From contig CAWDXE010000005.1 of NCBI GenBank assembly GCA_963806185.1, positions 96,001 through 160,000 of the forward strand: a stretch of 64,000 bases of DNA, read 5' to 3'. Below are positions 31,743 through 42,985 of the stretch, in pieces; within the stretch, counting starts at the first letter, position 1, and each line of letters opens with the position of its first letter. A model generated the notes under the pieces. The model had not been told where the DNA came from and did not search any database. It saw nothing but the letters and a program-made list of their open reading frames with translations. The translations under genes and the position numbers were made by a program. This DNA is from an uncultured candidate division Zixibacteria bacterium (GTDB lineage: Bacteria > Zixibacteria > MSB-5A5 > GN15 > FEB-12).

Positions 31743-32102
31743 TCAAGAGGTGATCAGGCGGGAGAGCAACTGGCGATAACGGGCGATCAGGACGTAGGCG
31801 AAGCGGGCGAGCAAATGAAGACCGGGCACGGCGAGCAGTCGCCCGATGGGACGGCTGGACGGGAAGAGGGATGCGACTGCGGCTACAGCATCGATGCCGC
31901 TGACGATCGACTGATCGGGCAGGATCAGGTGGAGGCGTCGGGTGAGCGTCCTGGTTTCGGGAAGCACAATGTCTTCTATCTTGAAGGCGGCCGAAAGGGG
32001 GACGGATTCGATAGTACCGTTCTGGTCGAGTTGTCGGCAACGCTCTGCGAATGCCCGACAAAGTGGACAAGAGTCATCGTAGATCAAGCGGTATAGTGGC
32101 AT
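31743..32102 (-). CDS. DUF393/DCC family thiol-disulfide oxidoreductase-like protein
   Basis: LIYDDSCPLCR (DxxCxxC) and C-terminal Y..IAR.R. Confidence 0.85.
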   Translation of the reverse strand: MPLYRLIYDDSCPLCRAFAERCRQLDQNGTIESVPLSAAFKIEDIVLPETRTLTRRLHLILPDQSIVSGIDAVAAVASLFPSSRPIGRLLAVPGLHLLARFAYVLIARYRQLLSRLITS

Positions 32103-32324
32103 GCTTATTATGTATAACGGTTGTCAAGTGACCGATGTTCACGTGCTTAGCGAGACCGACCAGATCGGCCGTCGGAAGGCAGGGTAAGTATCGCGTGGTG
32201 AATCCGCTTGTATAATGGGGAAATGGTGGGTATGTTCTGAGCCATGGGCGGTGACCGGCGACGCCGGGAATTGTCCGACGGATCGGAGAAAAGGCATACC
32301 CATAAAGGCAATAGGTAGACGGTA

Positions 32325-32350
32325 GGAACTTCTGAACGCACCGGTTTGTT
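32325..32350 (+). promoter_or_regulatory. ECF (SigH/SigR-like) autoregulatory promoter
   Basis: GGAACT-17nt-GTT upstream of the ECF sigma gene. Confidence 0.6.
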
Positions 32351-32407
32351 TATGTAAACGGACCGCAGTGATGTTCAGGCGTCGGAACGTAAGGAGATTA
32401 GGTGCTG

Positions 32408-32998
32408 ATGCCTGACCTAAAAAAGCAGGATATCAACGGTAAGCGGAAGGGCTTCGAGCGCGAGGCGCTCCCGCATATGGATGCGCTGTATCGGACAGCT
32501 CTGCGGATGACGAAGAACGAGAATGACGCGGAGGATTTGGTACAGGAAACGTTTGTTAAGGCGTACCGCTTCTGGGACAAGTTCGAACAGGGTTCGAATT
32601 GTCGCGCCTGGCTGTTCAAGATTATGACCAACATATTCATAAACGATTACCGGTCAAAGTCACGGACGCCGGTATCGGTGAATGTTGACGATATTGATGA
32701 CAACTACTTGTATGGTCAGTTGGCAAGCCAGGGGCCGGAAGACAATCCGGAACGTCAGTTGTTCGCGAAGATATTCGACGACGACGTGAAAAAGGCGATC
32801 GAGGAACTTCCGGATGATTTTCGACTGGTGGTAGTGCTGTCGTTTCTAGAAGGATTTTCGTATCAGGAGATTGCGGATATTGCCGACCTTCAGTTAGGGA
32901 CGGTCAAGTCCCGACTTCATCGAGGACGTAAGTTGCTGCAGAAGCAGCTTTACGAATATGCGACCAGAAACGGGTTTATTAAGGACACCGCTAAATGA
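32408..32998 (+). CDS. ECF RNA polymerase sigma factor (SigH/RpoE-like)
   Basis: DAEDLVQETF, RAWLFKIMTN, FSYQEIA, GTVKSRLHRGR. Confidence 0.95.
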   Translation: MPDLKKQDINGKRKGFEREALPHMDALYRTALRMTKNENDAEDLVQETFVKAYRFWDKFEQGSNCRAWLFKIMTNIFINDYRSKSRTPVSVNVDDIDDNYLYGQLASQGPEDNPERQLFAKIFDDDVKKAIEELPDDFRLVVVLSFLEGFSYQEIADIADLQLGTVKSRLHRGRKLLQKQLYEYATRNGFIKDTAK

Positions 32999-33792
32999 AC
33001 TGTCAGGATGCACTCAGTCTGCTGTATGAGATAATAGACAAGGAGGCGTCCGAGATCGATGTGGCTCAAGTGAAAGAGCACCTGGAGCAATGCAAGCATT
33101 GCTTTGAGGTATACAAGGTCGAGGGCGCGGTACAGGAATTCATTCTCGAGAAGATCAGGTTACACGAATCGACGGTTCGAGCGGAGTCGCTCAAGCTGAA
33201 GCTGGTGGCGCAGCTCGACACGATCGACACGGAGTGCAAGAAGGAGCAGCGAAAGCTCCCTTTCGGTAGGCTCACGCTGCTGCTGGCGGCTGCAGCGTCA
33301 TTGGTAATCGTCGTCGGCGCCGCACTCTTCGGCGCCAGCCTGTATCGTCACCACAACGTCTACATGCCGTTGGAGCAGGCGCACTGGGACGCGAGTGAAG
33401 CTCTCAATAAGTCATCAGATGTAACTCTGGCCTCGACCGCGGTGAGCCAGGTCATGAGTAATTGGCAGTATGCCGTACCGCAGACGCTGGGTGTTTTTTC
33501 GCTGGCGGGCGGCCGAGTAGAGCAGATCAGCGGTGTAGCAATGGGGCATTTCGTCTACCGCTCGGGAGCGGAGGTGGTGTCGGTGTTTGTCGCGCCGGCC
33601 AATCAGTTCCGGATACCCGATGATGTGCAGGAGAATGTTACCGTAGTCAACGGCGTTCAGTTCTTCGATCACAATTGCCGGGGCTGCCGGCTGGTATATC
33701 ATCAGGAGGGGAAGGTGGTGGTGATTTCGGCGTCGGTCGATCACACGCTCGATTTGACCCAATTTGCGACAATGAGCCGCGGGGCAATCTGA
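32995..33792 (+). CDS. Zinc-binding (zf-HC2/ZAS) transmembrane anti-sigma factor
   Basis: ATGA overlap; MNC...HLEQCKHC; single TM; periplasmic domain containing CRGC. Confidence 0.9.
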   Translation: MNCQDALSLLYEIIDKEASEIDVAQVKEHLEQCKHCFEVYKVEGAVQEFILEKIRLHESTVRAESLKLKLVAQLDTIDTECKKEQRKLPFGRLTLLLAAAASLVIVVGAALFGASLYRHHNVYMPLEQAHWDASEALNKSSDVTLASTAVSQVMSNWQYAVPQTLGVFSLAGGRVEQISGVAMGHFVYRSGAEVVSVFVAPANQFRIPDDVQENVTVVNGVQFFDHNCRGCRLVYHQEGKVVVISASVDHTLDLTQFATMSRGAI

Positions 33793-33840
33793 TGTGAGTT
33801 ATGGTTGAATATTGAACCCAGAAGGGATTTCTTGACCGGC

Positions 33841-34875
33841 ATGGTACGCTATGCCGGTTTTTTTGTGGTTGTTGTACTAGCTGTTGCCTCTCCCCTCTTT
33901 GGCCAGCCGTATATGGACAGTGCCAAAGCGGCACTGCTGGTGCAATCGCAGCATCATCTGTTTAATGATGACTTTCCCCGGGCCGAGTCGCTGGCCACGG
34001 TATTCCAGAGTAAGTATCCGGGAGATCCGGGCGTCTGGCTGTTGCGCTCGGCGATCATGATGGCCGAGATGTACCACGCCGAGGATGAATTGTACGATTC
34101 GACGTATAAGGCGGCGATTGACTCGCTGCAGGACGGCGCGCTGCGCCTGCTGACGGCGAGCAATGACAGCACGACAAAGGCGTGGATGTGCCTCTGGCGG
34201 GCGTCGGCGAAGGCGTACGAGTCGCTCTGGGAGGCGAAGTTTGGCGGGACGTATAGAGCGGTGAAGCTCGGGTTTGCGGCGCGATCGGAGTGTGAGAAGG
34301 GGCTGGCGTACGACAGCACGGTGGATGATTTGTACGTGGGGCTGGGGACGTATCATTACTGGAAATCGGCCAAGGCGGGATTTTTGCGGTGGATTGGCAT
34401 ATTCAAAAATGAGAAGGTGAAGGGGATTCGCGAGTTGTACCGGGCCTCGGAGCAAGCAAACATTTCGCGTGAGACGGCGGAGAGCGGCTTAATCTGGATA
34501 TGGCTCGACATGAAGCAGTACGATTCGACGGTGGCGAAAGCGACCCGTATGGCGCAGCGGTTTCCGCAAGGAAAGTCATTCTACTGGCCGCTCGGCACGG
34601 CGTATTTCGCAATGGAGAATTACGCGGAGGCGGCGCGAGCATTCGAGCGGCTGAAAGCCATGCTGGAGGGCGAGCCAGGCAATTACTACAACTGGATTGC
34701 CTGTGATTCGTGGCTGGCGCGATGTTATGAGAGGCTGGGGCGGGTGGACGAAGCTGAGGTGGTGGGGTCGCGCTTCAAGACGTACGCGATGAAGATACCG
34801 GAGCGGACGCAGGACCGTCAGAAATCAAATATCAAGTATCTGCAAAAGTGGGCGCAGCGGTATGCGGCGGAGTGA
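33841..34875 (+). CDS. Secreted TPR-repeat protein
   Basis: Signal peptide; helical repeats (DLYVGLGTYHYW, LGTAYFAMENYAEA). Confidence 0.8.
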   Translation: MVRYAGFFVVVVLAVASPLFGQPYMDSAKAALLVQSQHHLFNDDFPRAESLATVFQSKYPGDPGVWLLRSAIMMAEMYHAEDELYDSTYKAAIDSLQDGALRLLTASNDSTTKAWMCLWRASAKAYESLWEAKFGGTYRAVKLGFAARSECEKGLAYDSTVDDLYVGLGTYHYWKSAKAGFLRWIGIFKNEKVKGIRELYRASEQANISRETAESGLIWIWLDMKQYDSTVAKATRMAQRFPQGKSFYWPLGTAYFAMENYAEAARAFERLKAMLEGEPGNYYNWIACDSWLARCYERLGRVDEAEVVGSRFKTYAMKIPERTQDRQKSNIKYLQKWAQRYAAE

Positions 34876-35022
34876 GAGGGTGGCCGAGCGGGCTCCGGTC
34901 AACTGTCGTTACCGCATTTGATTAGCGCAAGAGCCATGTGAATCAGGCACTCACCACAGAGACAATACCAATTATCTCCGCAAAGTGTCGGCGGTAGAAG
35001 ACCGTCAGATACATTTGGATAA

Positions 35023-35051
35023 TTGACAGGTGGGCCGACAATTCATATCTT
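35023..35051 (+). promoter_or_regulatory. sigma70 promoter
   Basis: TTGACA-17nt-TATCTT; AAAGGAG RBS downstream. Confidence 0.7.
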
Positions 35052-35098
35052 AAAGGAGGTACTTGCCGACGTAAGATCGCATTAAAAGGAGAACTAAC

Positions 35099-35935
35099 AT
35101 GTTGCCAAACGCTCGCGCGGGTCGAGTGGTATGGTCGCTACTTGTAGTTCTGGCCGCAGCTATGCCTGCGGCTTCGCAAACCTCTCCGACCATTCTTCCG
35201 CCGATCATCACCGATCATCAGACTAGTCCCCACGACGGTGCCGCAGCCGTCATCGCCGACTGCAACGCCCTGCTGACCTTCCCGGTCTGTCAGAATTCTG
35301 AAGAACAGGAACTCGTCACACTCATTAACCAGGCACGTGCCGACAGCGGCCGAGCCCTGCTGTTTTACGACTACCGTCTGGCTGTCGGCGCTCGCTGCCA
35401 CTGCGCCGACTGTGCCACCACGCCCTGCTTTCAGCATGACGATTGCGACGGCACGTACTGGACGGAGCGATATGTCGCTCAGGGGTATACCGGGACCCTG
35501 ATGGAGGTCATGGGCGCGGGATACTCCAACCCTGCTTCAATGTTTAATGCCTGGTTTGCCGACTCGCTCCGTCGGTCGATGATATTGACCGCAGGGCTCA
35601 AACATATCGGCGCCGGGTATGTCAGCCAGGCCGGCAGTCCGGCGGTCCGTTACTACACAGTGGCGTTCGGATATGCCAATGAGACCGCGGTAGGCTCACC
35701 GTGCACCTGTTGTCAAAACTGGGTGGGCAATGTCGACTGCGATCCGGCCGACGGAGTTGATATCGGTGATCTAACGACGTTGATTGACAATCTCTTCATC
35801 AGTTTCACCGCACTGTGCTGCACGGAAGAGGCAAACTGCGATGGCGATGCCGGGAACAACGTTGATATTGGTGATCTGACCTCGCTCATCGACAATCTGT
35901 TTGTCAGTTTCGCCTCGTTACCGGCGTGCCAGTAG
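35099..35935 (+). CDS. Secreted CAP (SCP) domain protein with C-terminal Cys-flanked dockerin-like repeat
   Basis: LINQARA...FQH...FNAWF.DS.RRSMIL....HIGAG; twin GNVDCDPADGVDIGDLTTLIDNLF repeats. Confidence 0.85.
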   Translation: MLPNARAGRVVWSLLVVLAAAMPAASQTSPTILPPIITDHQTSPHDGAAAVIADCNALLTFPVCQNSEEQELVTLINQARADSGRALLFYDYRLAVGARCHCADCATTPCFQHDDCDGTYWTERYVAQGYTGTLMEVMGAGYSNPASMFNAWFADSLRRSMILTAGLKHIGAGYVSQAGSPAVRYYTVAFGYANETAVGSPCTCCQNWVGNVDCDPADGVDIGDLTTLIDNLFISFTALCCTEEANCDGDAGNNVDIGDLTSLIDNLFVSFASLPACQ

Positions 35936-36019
35936 TACGCAGTTAGGGTCGGTGTCGGGTTTCCGCGTGCGCCTGCGACGTAGTCCGGGGGCCGACGAGC
36001 GAAAAACCATCCTTCCTAC

Positions 36020-36330
36020 GAGCCCTCACCCTGGCCCCCTCCCTAAAGGGAGAGGGAGTAAGAGGGGCAGCACATCGTGTCGGGTTTCTCCGTCCCGCTG
36101 ACGCGGGACACCGGAACCCGACCTACCCTACTGTCATACCAGCAAAAGCTGGTCGGTATCCAGGGGAGAATGGGATCAATGGAAAGATTTGAGGTTGCTT
36201 CGTCGCGTCGCTCCTCGCAATGAGTGATAGGTCGTGTGAGGAGCTCCGTCAGGCACGGGGCCTGACACCACGATTTGACTTGCAGGGTTGTCCTACCCTG
36301 GATTCCCGCTTTCGCGGGAATGACAAAGGG
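36020..36330. repeat. Mosaic REP-like cluster between convergent genes
   Basis: CCCTCACC..GGGAGAGGG (36023-36057), GAGGTTGCTTCGTC..CTCGCAATGA (36191-36223), GTCAGG..CCTGAC (36248-36267), GGATTCCCGCTTTCGCGGGAATGAC (about 36300-36324). Confidence 0.85.
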
Positions 36331-36375
36331 GGGCGGGGATGACATTAGTGAGAGAGCGGCGTGCGCCAGATGTTG

Positions 36376-36851
36376 TCAGAGCAGGTGTTCGAATTCGATT
36401 TCGTCGCGCAAAGGGATTCCGTTTTCGCCGACTAATGGGATCGAGGGTTTCAACTTCCGCAATTGCTCCAGCGCGTTCGGATAGACGGCGGAAATCACCA
36501 AGCCTCGTCGCTGGTAGAAGCGGATGGCCGACAGATTATCATTGGTGGTGATCATCCAGACCCGGCGGCAGCCGGCGTGTCGGGCGGCATCGACAACAGC
36601 ACCGAGCAGCTTTGTGCCTATTCCCTGCCATTGTTCAAGTGAATCGATGGTCACAATTTCGTATTGACCATCGGTAATCTCAAACGTCACCAATCCAACC
36701 GGCTGAGCGGCTGATGCGGCGATGAAGCCGGGAAGTCTGGCGGGATAATGGCGTTTCGCTCGAGAGATGACAAACTCAGCGCCCCAGAGACGGGTGGTCT
36801 GAGCGGTGATCCAGGGTGTTCGGAACTGCTGGTGGGACGAATCGTTACCAT
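36376..36851 (-). CDS. GNAT family N-acetyltransferase (probable -1 frameshift near 36814)
   Basis: QWQGIGTKLL, TTNDNLSAIRFYQRRG, GENGIPLRDEIE. ATG 36851 gives MVTIRPTSSSEHP, which joins WITAQ if one C is added to CACCCTGG. Confidence 0.85.
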
Positions 36852-36965
36852 AGTGTGCGGCTGGAATCCTGATGGATGGTAGCCACTTAAGAATAGGATC
36901 GGAGAAAGCGACGGTCAACCGGTAAATGCAATTGACCCCACCTGCGCCCGTCGCCATATTGCCGT

Positions 36966-39900
36966 ATGAGCAACTTTGCAAATTACGTTCATCTCCATAC
37001 ACACAGTCAGTATTCCCTGCTGGACGGTGCCTGCCGGCTGGATGCCGTTATAGCGCTGGCCAAAGAGTACAAAATGCCGGCGCTGGCGATCACCGACCAC
37101 GGCAACATGTTCGGGGCAATCGAGTTCTACAAGGGGGCGCGCAAAAAGGGGATCAAGCCGATTATCGGATGCGAGGCGTATGTCGCGGGCGGGAGTCGAC
37201 TGGACAAGAAACCGTCGAACAAGTATCCCCGACGGCGGCTTTCACCTTCTACTGCTGGTCAAAAACGAGATCGGTTACCGGAATCTGGTCAAGCTGTGTT
37301 CGTCGGCGTATCTGGAAGGCTTTTACCATCGGCCGCGCATCGACAAGGAGATTCTCCGCCAGCATAGTGAGGGGTTGATTGCCACCTCGGCCTGCCTCAA
37401 GGGTGAGGTGAATTGGCATCTGGGCATTGGTGACACGGATGGCGCGGTGGCGTCGGCTCGGGAGTTGGGTGAGATTTTCGGGCCGGGGAATTTCTATCTG
37501 GAGATTCAGAATCACGGTCTGGAGAAAGAAATTCAGGCGATTCCGAAGATGGAAGCGATCGCCCGCGAAACCGGTTTGCCTTTGGTGGTAACCAACGACT
37601 GCCATTATCTCCGCCAACAGGACGCGGAGGCGCACGACGCGCTGCTGTGCATTCAGACCGGCAAGCTGGTGGAAGATCGCGACCGGATGAGGTATAGCAC
37701 CGACCAGATCTATTTCAAGACCGCCGCGGAGATGGAGCAGACGTTTGGTGATTACAAGGGAGCGCTGGAGAATACGGTGGCCATCGCCGAGGCGTGCAAT
37801 CTGGAGCTAGAGCTGGGCAAGCTGAAGCTGCCGATATTTCCGATACCGAGACCGTTTGTCGACGCCGATGTATTTCTGCTTCACCTGTGTGAGCGGGGAT
37901 TGGTGGAGCGGTACGGCGCGGTGACGCCCGCACTTCAGGAACGGCTCGAATACGAGCTAGGCGTCATCAAGCAGATGGGGTACGCCGGGTATTTTCTGAT
38001 CGTGAAGGACTTCTGCGACTATGCCCGTTCGCAGGGAATTCGCGTGGGACCGGGTCGTGGATCGGCAGCGGGGTCGATTGTCTCGTACGTGTTAAAGATT
38101 ACGGATATCGATCCGATTCGGTTCGGGCTGTTGTTCGAGCGGTTTTTGAATCCCGAGCGCATTTCGATGCCTGATATCGATATTGATTTTGCCGACAAGG
38201 GGCGCGACCGGATTATCCAGTATGTCATCGAGAAATACGGTAAAGAAAATGTCTCGCAGATTATCACGTTTGGCACGATGGCGGCGCGCGGTGTGATACG
38301 GGACGTGGGGCGAGTGCTGAGTATCCCGTATGGCGAAGTTGACCGGATAGCGAAGATGATTCCGATGGCGGCGGAGATGACGCTGACCAAGGCGGTCGAG
38401 ACGGTACCGGAACTGGCGGAACTAAAGAAGAAAGATACGCGAGTCGAACGGCTGATTAACTATGGCATCACGCTGGAAGGGCTGGCGCGGCACTGTTCGA
38501 CGCACGCGGCGGGGGTGGTGATTGCACCGTCGGCGCTGACCAATTACGTGCCGTTGTTCAAGGGGTCCAACGACGAAATCACGACGCAGTACGATATGAC
38601 GATGGTCGAGGAGATCGGCCTGTTGAAGATGGATTTTCTCGGGTTGCGGACGTTGACGGTGATTGACGAATCGCTGGCGCTCATCAGGCAGAATTTCCCC
38701 GACGCGCAGGTGGATATCGACGGGCTGTCGCTGGATGATCCGGAGGTCTACAAGTTATTCGCCCGCGGCGAGACGGTGGGGGTGTTCCAGTTTGAATCGA
38801 GCGGCATGCGCGACTATTTGCGCCGGCTGGAGCCGACCGCATTCACCGACCTGGCAGTGATGAATGCGCTGTATCGTCCGGGGCCGCTTGATGCCGAGGT
38901 TGACAATGGCAAGGGCCAGAAGGTCAACATGATCGACATCTACATCGAGCGCAAGAAGGGGACGATGGCGGTCACCTACCTGCACCCAAAACTGGAGAGC
39001 ATCTTGGGGTCGACGTACGGCGTGATCGTCTTCCAGGAGCAGGTGCTTCAGATAGCCAACCAGCTGGCGGGGTATTCGCTCGGTCAGGCCGATTTGCTGC
39101 GCAAGGCGATGGGGAAAAAGATTGTTGAGTTGATGGCGGCGCAGAAGAAGCAGTTTGTCGACGGGTGTGCGGCGAATGGGGTGACGGAGGATGTTGCCAA
39201 CCATGTATGGGAACAGATCGAAACGTTTGCCCGGTACGGTTTCAACAAGGCGCACTCGGTATCGTATGCCTACATAGCGTATCAGACGGCGTGGCTGAAG
39301 GTGTACTATCCGAAGGAGTTCATGGCGGCGACGATGACGTCGGAAATCACCGACTCCGACCGTATCTACACGTTGCTGGAAGAAGCGCGGCGGATGGGGA
39401 TTGACGTATTGCCGCCGGATGTGAATTCGTCGCAGATCGATTTCTCCGTGGTGGGCGGGGCGATCCGGCTGGGGCTGCACGCGGTGAAGAATGTCGGCGA
39501 GACGCCGGCGCGGTCGATTGTGCTGGCGCGTGGGTTGACCGGACCGTTCAAGGATATGGCCGACCTGTGCAGTCGGATCGAGCCTCGGTTGCTGAATCGG
39601 CGGACGCTGGAATCGCTGGTGGCGGCGGGGGCGTGCGATTCGCTGGGGGCGAACCGGGCGCAGAAGTTTGCGGTTGTGGAGGCTATGCTTGAGTACGGGC
39701 ACAAGGTGTTCAGCCAGGCCAACACGGCCGACCTATTTGCGACTACGGGGGTCGCTGTTTCCCGGGTTGCGCCGGTACTGCCCTTGCTCGACGAGTGGCC
39801 CTCGGGTGAGAAGCTGGCCAAAGAGAAGGAGATGCTGGGATTTTACGTGTCCGGGCATCCTCTTGACCGGTATAGGGATGAGCTGGGATCGTTTACGACG

Positions 39901-40455
39901 GGGAATATGCTTTCGCTGAAGGGGATGCGGGATTCGGCGGAGGTGACGGTGGGGGGAATTTTTGCGACGGTTAAGAAAATGACCGACAAAAAGGGGAATT
40001 TGATGGCTTTCGCGTCGCTGGAAGACTTTTCCGGAACGGTGGAAGTCATTATATTCTCAGAGTGTTACGACCGTTGTCGGGAGCAGATCGAGGTCGACAA
40101 GATGGCGTTGGTCACCGGCCGGGTCTCGACCCGCGAGGGTGAGATGCCGAAGTTGGTGGCGACGCAGGTTCATCCTCTCGAAAAACTGCTGGAACGCTTC
40201 AAATGCCAGCTAGTTATAAAGGTGAATGCCGGGTCAACCGACAACCTTGATAAAGCGTTGAGCTCGCTGGCTCAGTATCCCGGCGAGACGCCGGTTTTGC
40301 TGGCGGCTCGGCAAAATGGGGCCGAAGTATATATCAAGTCCCGCAAGTATGCGGTGAACCTGAATCTGGAGTTATTGAATCGACTCAAGGAGCTGCTCGG
40401 TGATTCGTCCGCTTACCTTCGCCCGCTGGGGGTCAAGGACAGCGGATTGCAGTAG
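36966..40455 (+). CDS. dnaE: DNA polymerase III alpha subunit (one +1 frameshift at 37227-37230)
   Basis: PHP domain HLHTHSQYSLLDG..TDHGNMFG in the first frame; GPGRGSAAGS, MPDIDIDF, LLKMDFLGL, YGFNKAH in the second; extra C in TATCCCCGAC. Confidence 0.96.
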
Positions 40456-40515
40456 CCTCGTACACACCTCGCAGACACCCGAGACCACCAACCTTTCGCT
40501 GGACAGGACCAAGTC

Positions 40516-41079
40516 ATGAAGTCATATCGCATACTGGCCATACTATTCGTCGCCCTGGCATTGACCAGTCTGGGCCTGTTCGCCGCCGATCAGAAATCGA
40601 CTCAGAAACAGAACGAGATATCGAAGCCGACCAATCCGAATGAGATTACCTGGTTCTCCTACGATCAGGCGCTGCTGAAGGGGAAAAAGGAAAAGAAGCA
40701 TGTCTTTATCGATTTCACCGCGACCTGGTGCGGCTGGTGCAAGAAGATGGACGCCGAGACATTCAAAGATCCGGAAGTCATCAAGATGATGAATCAGTAT
40801 TTCGTGGCGTCGAAGGTGTGGGACAATTCGGAGACGGTGTTTGATCTGGACGGATACAAGATCGCGGAGAAAGATCTCGGCCGCTCACAGTTCGGCGTGC
40901 GGTCATACCCGACGTTCTGGTTTGTCAATCCGGACGGCAAGAAGGTAGGGCCTCTCCCCGGCTACCAGACATCGGACCGTTTCCTTCGCGCGCTGGCCTA
41001 CGTCAAAGATTACAGTTATGACACGACGCGGGTGAAGCCGGCGGATTCGACGGCCACGGCAAAAGGATCAAGCAAATAA
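40516..41079 (+). CDS. Periplasmic thioredoxin-fold protein (SoxW/DUF255-like)
   Basis: Signal peptide; DFTATWCGWCKKM; VRSYPT. Confidence 0.88.
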   Translation: MKSYRILAILFVALALTSLGLFAADQKSTQKQNEISKPTNPNEITWFSYDQALLKGKKEKKHVFIDFTATWCGWCKKMDAETFKDPEVIKMMNQYFVASKVWDNSETVFDLDGYKIAEKDLGRSQFGVRSYPTFWFVNPDGKKVGPLPGYQTSDRFLRALAYVKDYSYDTTRVKPADSTATAKGSSK

Positions 41080-41156
41080 TGTCGCTGCCTGGGGCGCGGT
41101 TACGGCGCGGCCAGCCTGAGATCATACATAACGATACCCGGGACAAAGGAAAGATC

Positions 41157-41792
41157 ATGAAGTTACGGTTACCTCTCGCGGCAATGTCAGCTATTCTGAT
41201 AGTGTTGCTTATTGCCTGCAGTTCCAACGAACCGCAAACGGGCGCGGCACAGAAGACGCCCGATCGGGATCCTGCGACAACGTCGGGAGTACAGGCCTCC
41301 ACGCCCAGCTCTGCGGAAGCCACGCAGGCAGACGTGCCGTCCGAAACGCCGCAGGTGGCGAGCTCTGACGGACAGGCAGCGAGCTTGATTCAGTTTACCG
41401 CGACCGACCTGACCGGGCAGGCGCGCAGCTCGGTCGAATGGATGGGCAAGCAGCCGGTGGTGATCAATTTCTGGGGGACATGGTGCCCACCCTGCCGCAA
41501 AGAGATTCCCGATCTCGTGAAAGTATATAACGAGTTCAAGGGACGGGGCGTGCAGGTTGTCAGTCTGGCGCTCAATGATACGCCTGATCAGGTAAAGGAT
41601 TACGCGCAGAAGGCGCAGATGGATTGGGTGATGTTGATGGGTGATCAGGATATTGCCCAGACGTTTGGCGGGATTCGCGGCGTACCGACGACGATTTTTT
41701 ATGATCGCAGCGGTAAGGAAGTCGGGCGGTTTGTCGGCGGGCGCGATTACGAGACGTTTAAGAAGGCGTTTGAGATGATTGCGGGGTCTTAG
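41157..41792 (+). CDS. TlpA/ResA family disulfide reductase lipoprotein
   Basis: Lipobox LIAC; NFWGTWCPPCRKEIP; GVPTT; AAAGGA RBS. Confidence 0.92.
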   Translation: MKLRLPLAAMSAILIVLLIACSSNEPQTGAAQKTPDRDPATTSGVQASTPSSAEATQADVPSETPQVASSDGQAASLIQFTATDLTGQARSSVEWMGKQPVVINFWGTWCPPCRKEIPDLVKVYNEFKGRGVQVVSLALNDTPDQVKDYAQKAQMDWVMLMGDQDIAQTFGGIRGVPTTIFYDRSGKEVGRFVGGRDYETFKKAFEMIAGS

Positions 41793-41821
41793 CGACCTGC
41801 GATATAATTGTGACAACTTTG

Positions 41822-41850
41822 CCGGCGAGTGAAAGCTCGCCGGTTTTTTT
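41822..41850 (+). terminator. Intrinsic terminator
   Basis: CCGGCGAG/CTCGCCGG stem + T7. Confidence 0.85.
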
Positions 41851-42231
41851 GTGGGGGGCTAGCGCCGGCGGTTCAGGGAAAGTTCGAGTCGGAGGTTTCG
41901 GGCAAATGACGGAATGGGGCCTCATGGATTCCGGACCTTCGGTCCGGAATGACAATGAGGTAGAATTCGCGGAGCATTGAAGGGCATGTCCGCTTTTTGC
42001 ACATGATACGCAGGGAAACGGGTATGAGGAGTGCAGGGCGAGGAAAATCCTGAGCGTGAGTTTGCATACATTTGATTGCCCAGGCCGGTTCCCGGCTTCA
42101 CCATTGTTTGCCTTCAAGTCCGACTATGAGAACTTTGAATCTCCCCTTCCGATTACAGCGACGCAAGTTACGAAGCCAGACTGGTGCATGGTTACAGCGC
42201 TCTTCGTCGGAGATGTCGAGGGCGACTGATG

Positions 42232-42245
42232 GGCACGGTCTTTGC
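42232..42245 (+). promoter_or_regulatory. Putative sigma54 promoter
   Basis: GGCACGGTCTTTGC (GG-N10-GC), about 105 bp upstream of the 42350 ORF. Confidence 0.55.
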
Positions 42246-42349
42246 GCTAACCCCGATCACGAGGAATAGCCAAGCGGCGGCCACCGAGGCCGGATTGGCG
42301 AGCAAGATTTGAACAGTTCTCGAACGCGGGAAGAAAGAGAGTAGGTAAC

Positions 42350-42628
42350 ATGTCGGTCAATGATTATGTCGTCTGCGATGGCTGCGGAAAGATTATCACG
42401 CGCCCTGAAGACGGGTTCATGATCAAGGGGAACATCTGGGCGGCCGACCCAGGCGAGAATCGCGCGCTGTTGGTCGGGAATAACTACCCGGAGACTCGCA
42501 ATTTTGCCGTGACGCTTGCCGAGATCGGCGAATCGCATCTGTGCACGAATTGTATGGTACGGCATCTGGGGTTGGGCCAGGAATTCATGACGACTCATGT
42601 CGACAAGCGGTTGGCGCGTTCGGCGTGA
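42350..42628 (+). CDS. Small hypothetical protein with two CxxC motifs (putative zinc ribbon)
   Basis: VCDGCGK ... HLCTNCM; purine-rich RBS region. Confidence 0.7.
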   Translation: MSVNDYVVCDGCGKIITRPEDGFMIKGNIWAADPGENRALLVGNNYPETRNFAVTLAEIGESHLCTNCMVRHLGLGQEFMTTHVDKRLARSA

Positions 42629-42717
42629 CGGACACAGACATCTATTAGAGCATACGATAGAGCAACGCAACGGCGGGTGATGAGCCCGCCGTTGGTGTTT
42701 GTGGGGGGGGATTTGTC

Positions 42718-42960
42718 GCCCTTCGACTGCGCTCGAGGCGGCGAGATATGGGAATGATCGCATAAGAAGATAAATGATTGGGGCTGGTTGAAGGATTTCC
42801 CCACCTGGATTCCCGCATTCGCGGGAATGACAAACAAGGGGGGAATGACAAACAGGGCGGGAATGACATTCATGGCCGGCGTACGTCTCGTGCGCCAGCA
42901 GGCGTGAAGAGAGAGGTTGCTTCGTCCCCTTCGGCTCCGCTCAGGGTCCTCGCAATGAGT
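42718..42960. repeat. REP-like cluster including an 18-bp tandem triplication
   Basis: GGATTCCCGCATTCGCGGGAATGAC (about 42807-42831); GGGAATGACA at 42823, 42841, 42859; 42913-42958 matches 12927-12972. Confidence 0.85.
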
Positions 42961-42985
42961 ATTGTGAGGCACGCATGTGATTCTG

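Noticed and set aside
37220..37235. Programmed frameshift or split dnaE (intein-like)
   Set aside because: No slippery heptamer or intein motifs; a single extra C in a homopolymer, like the other indels in the window
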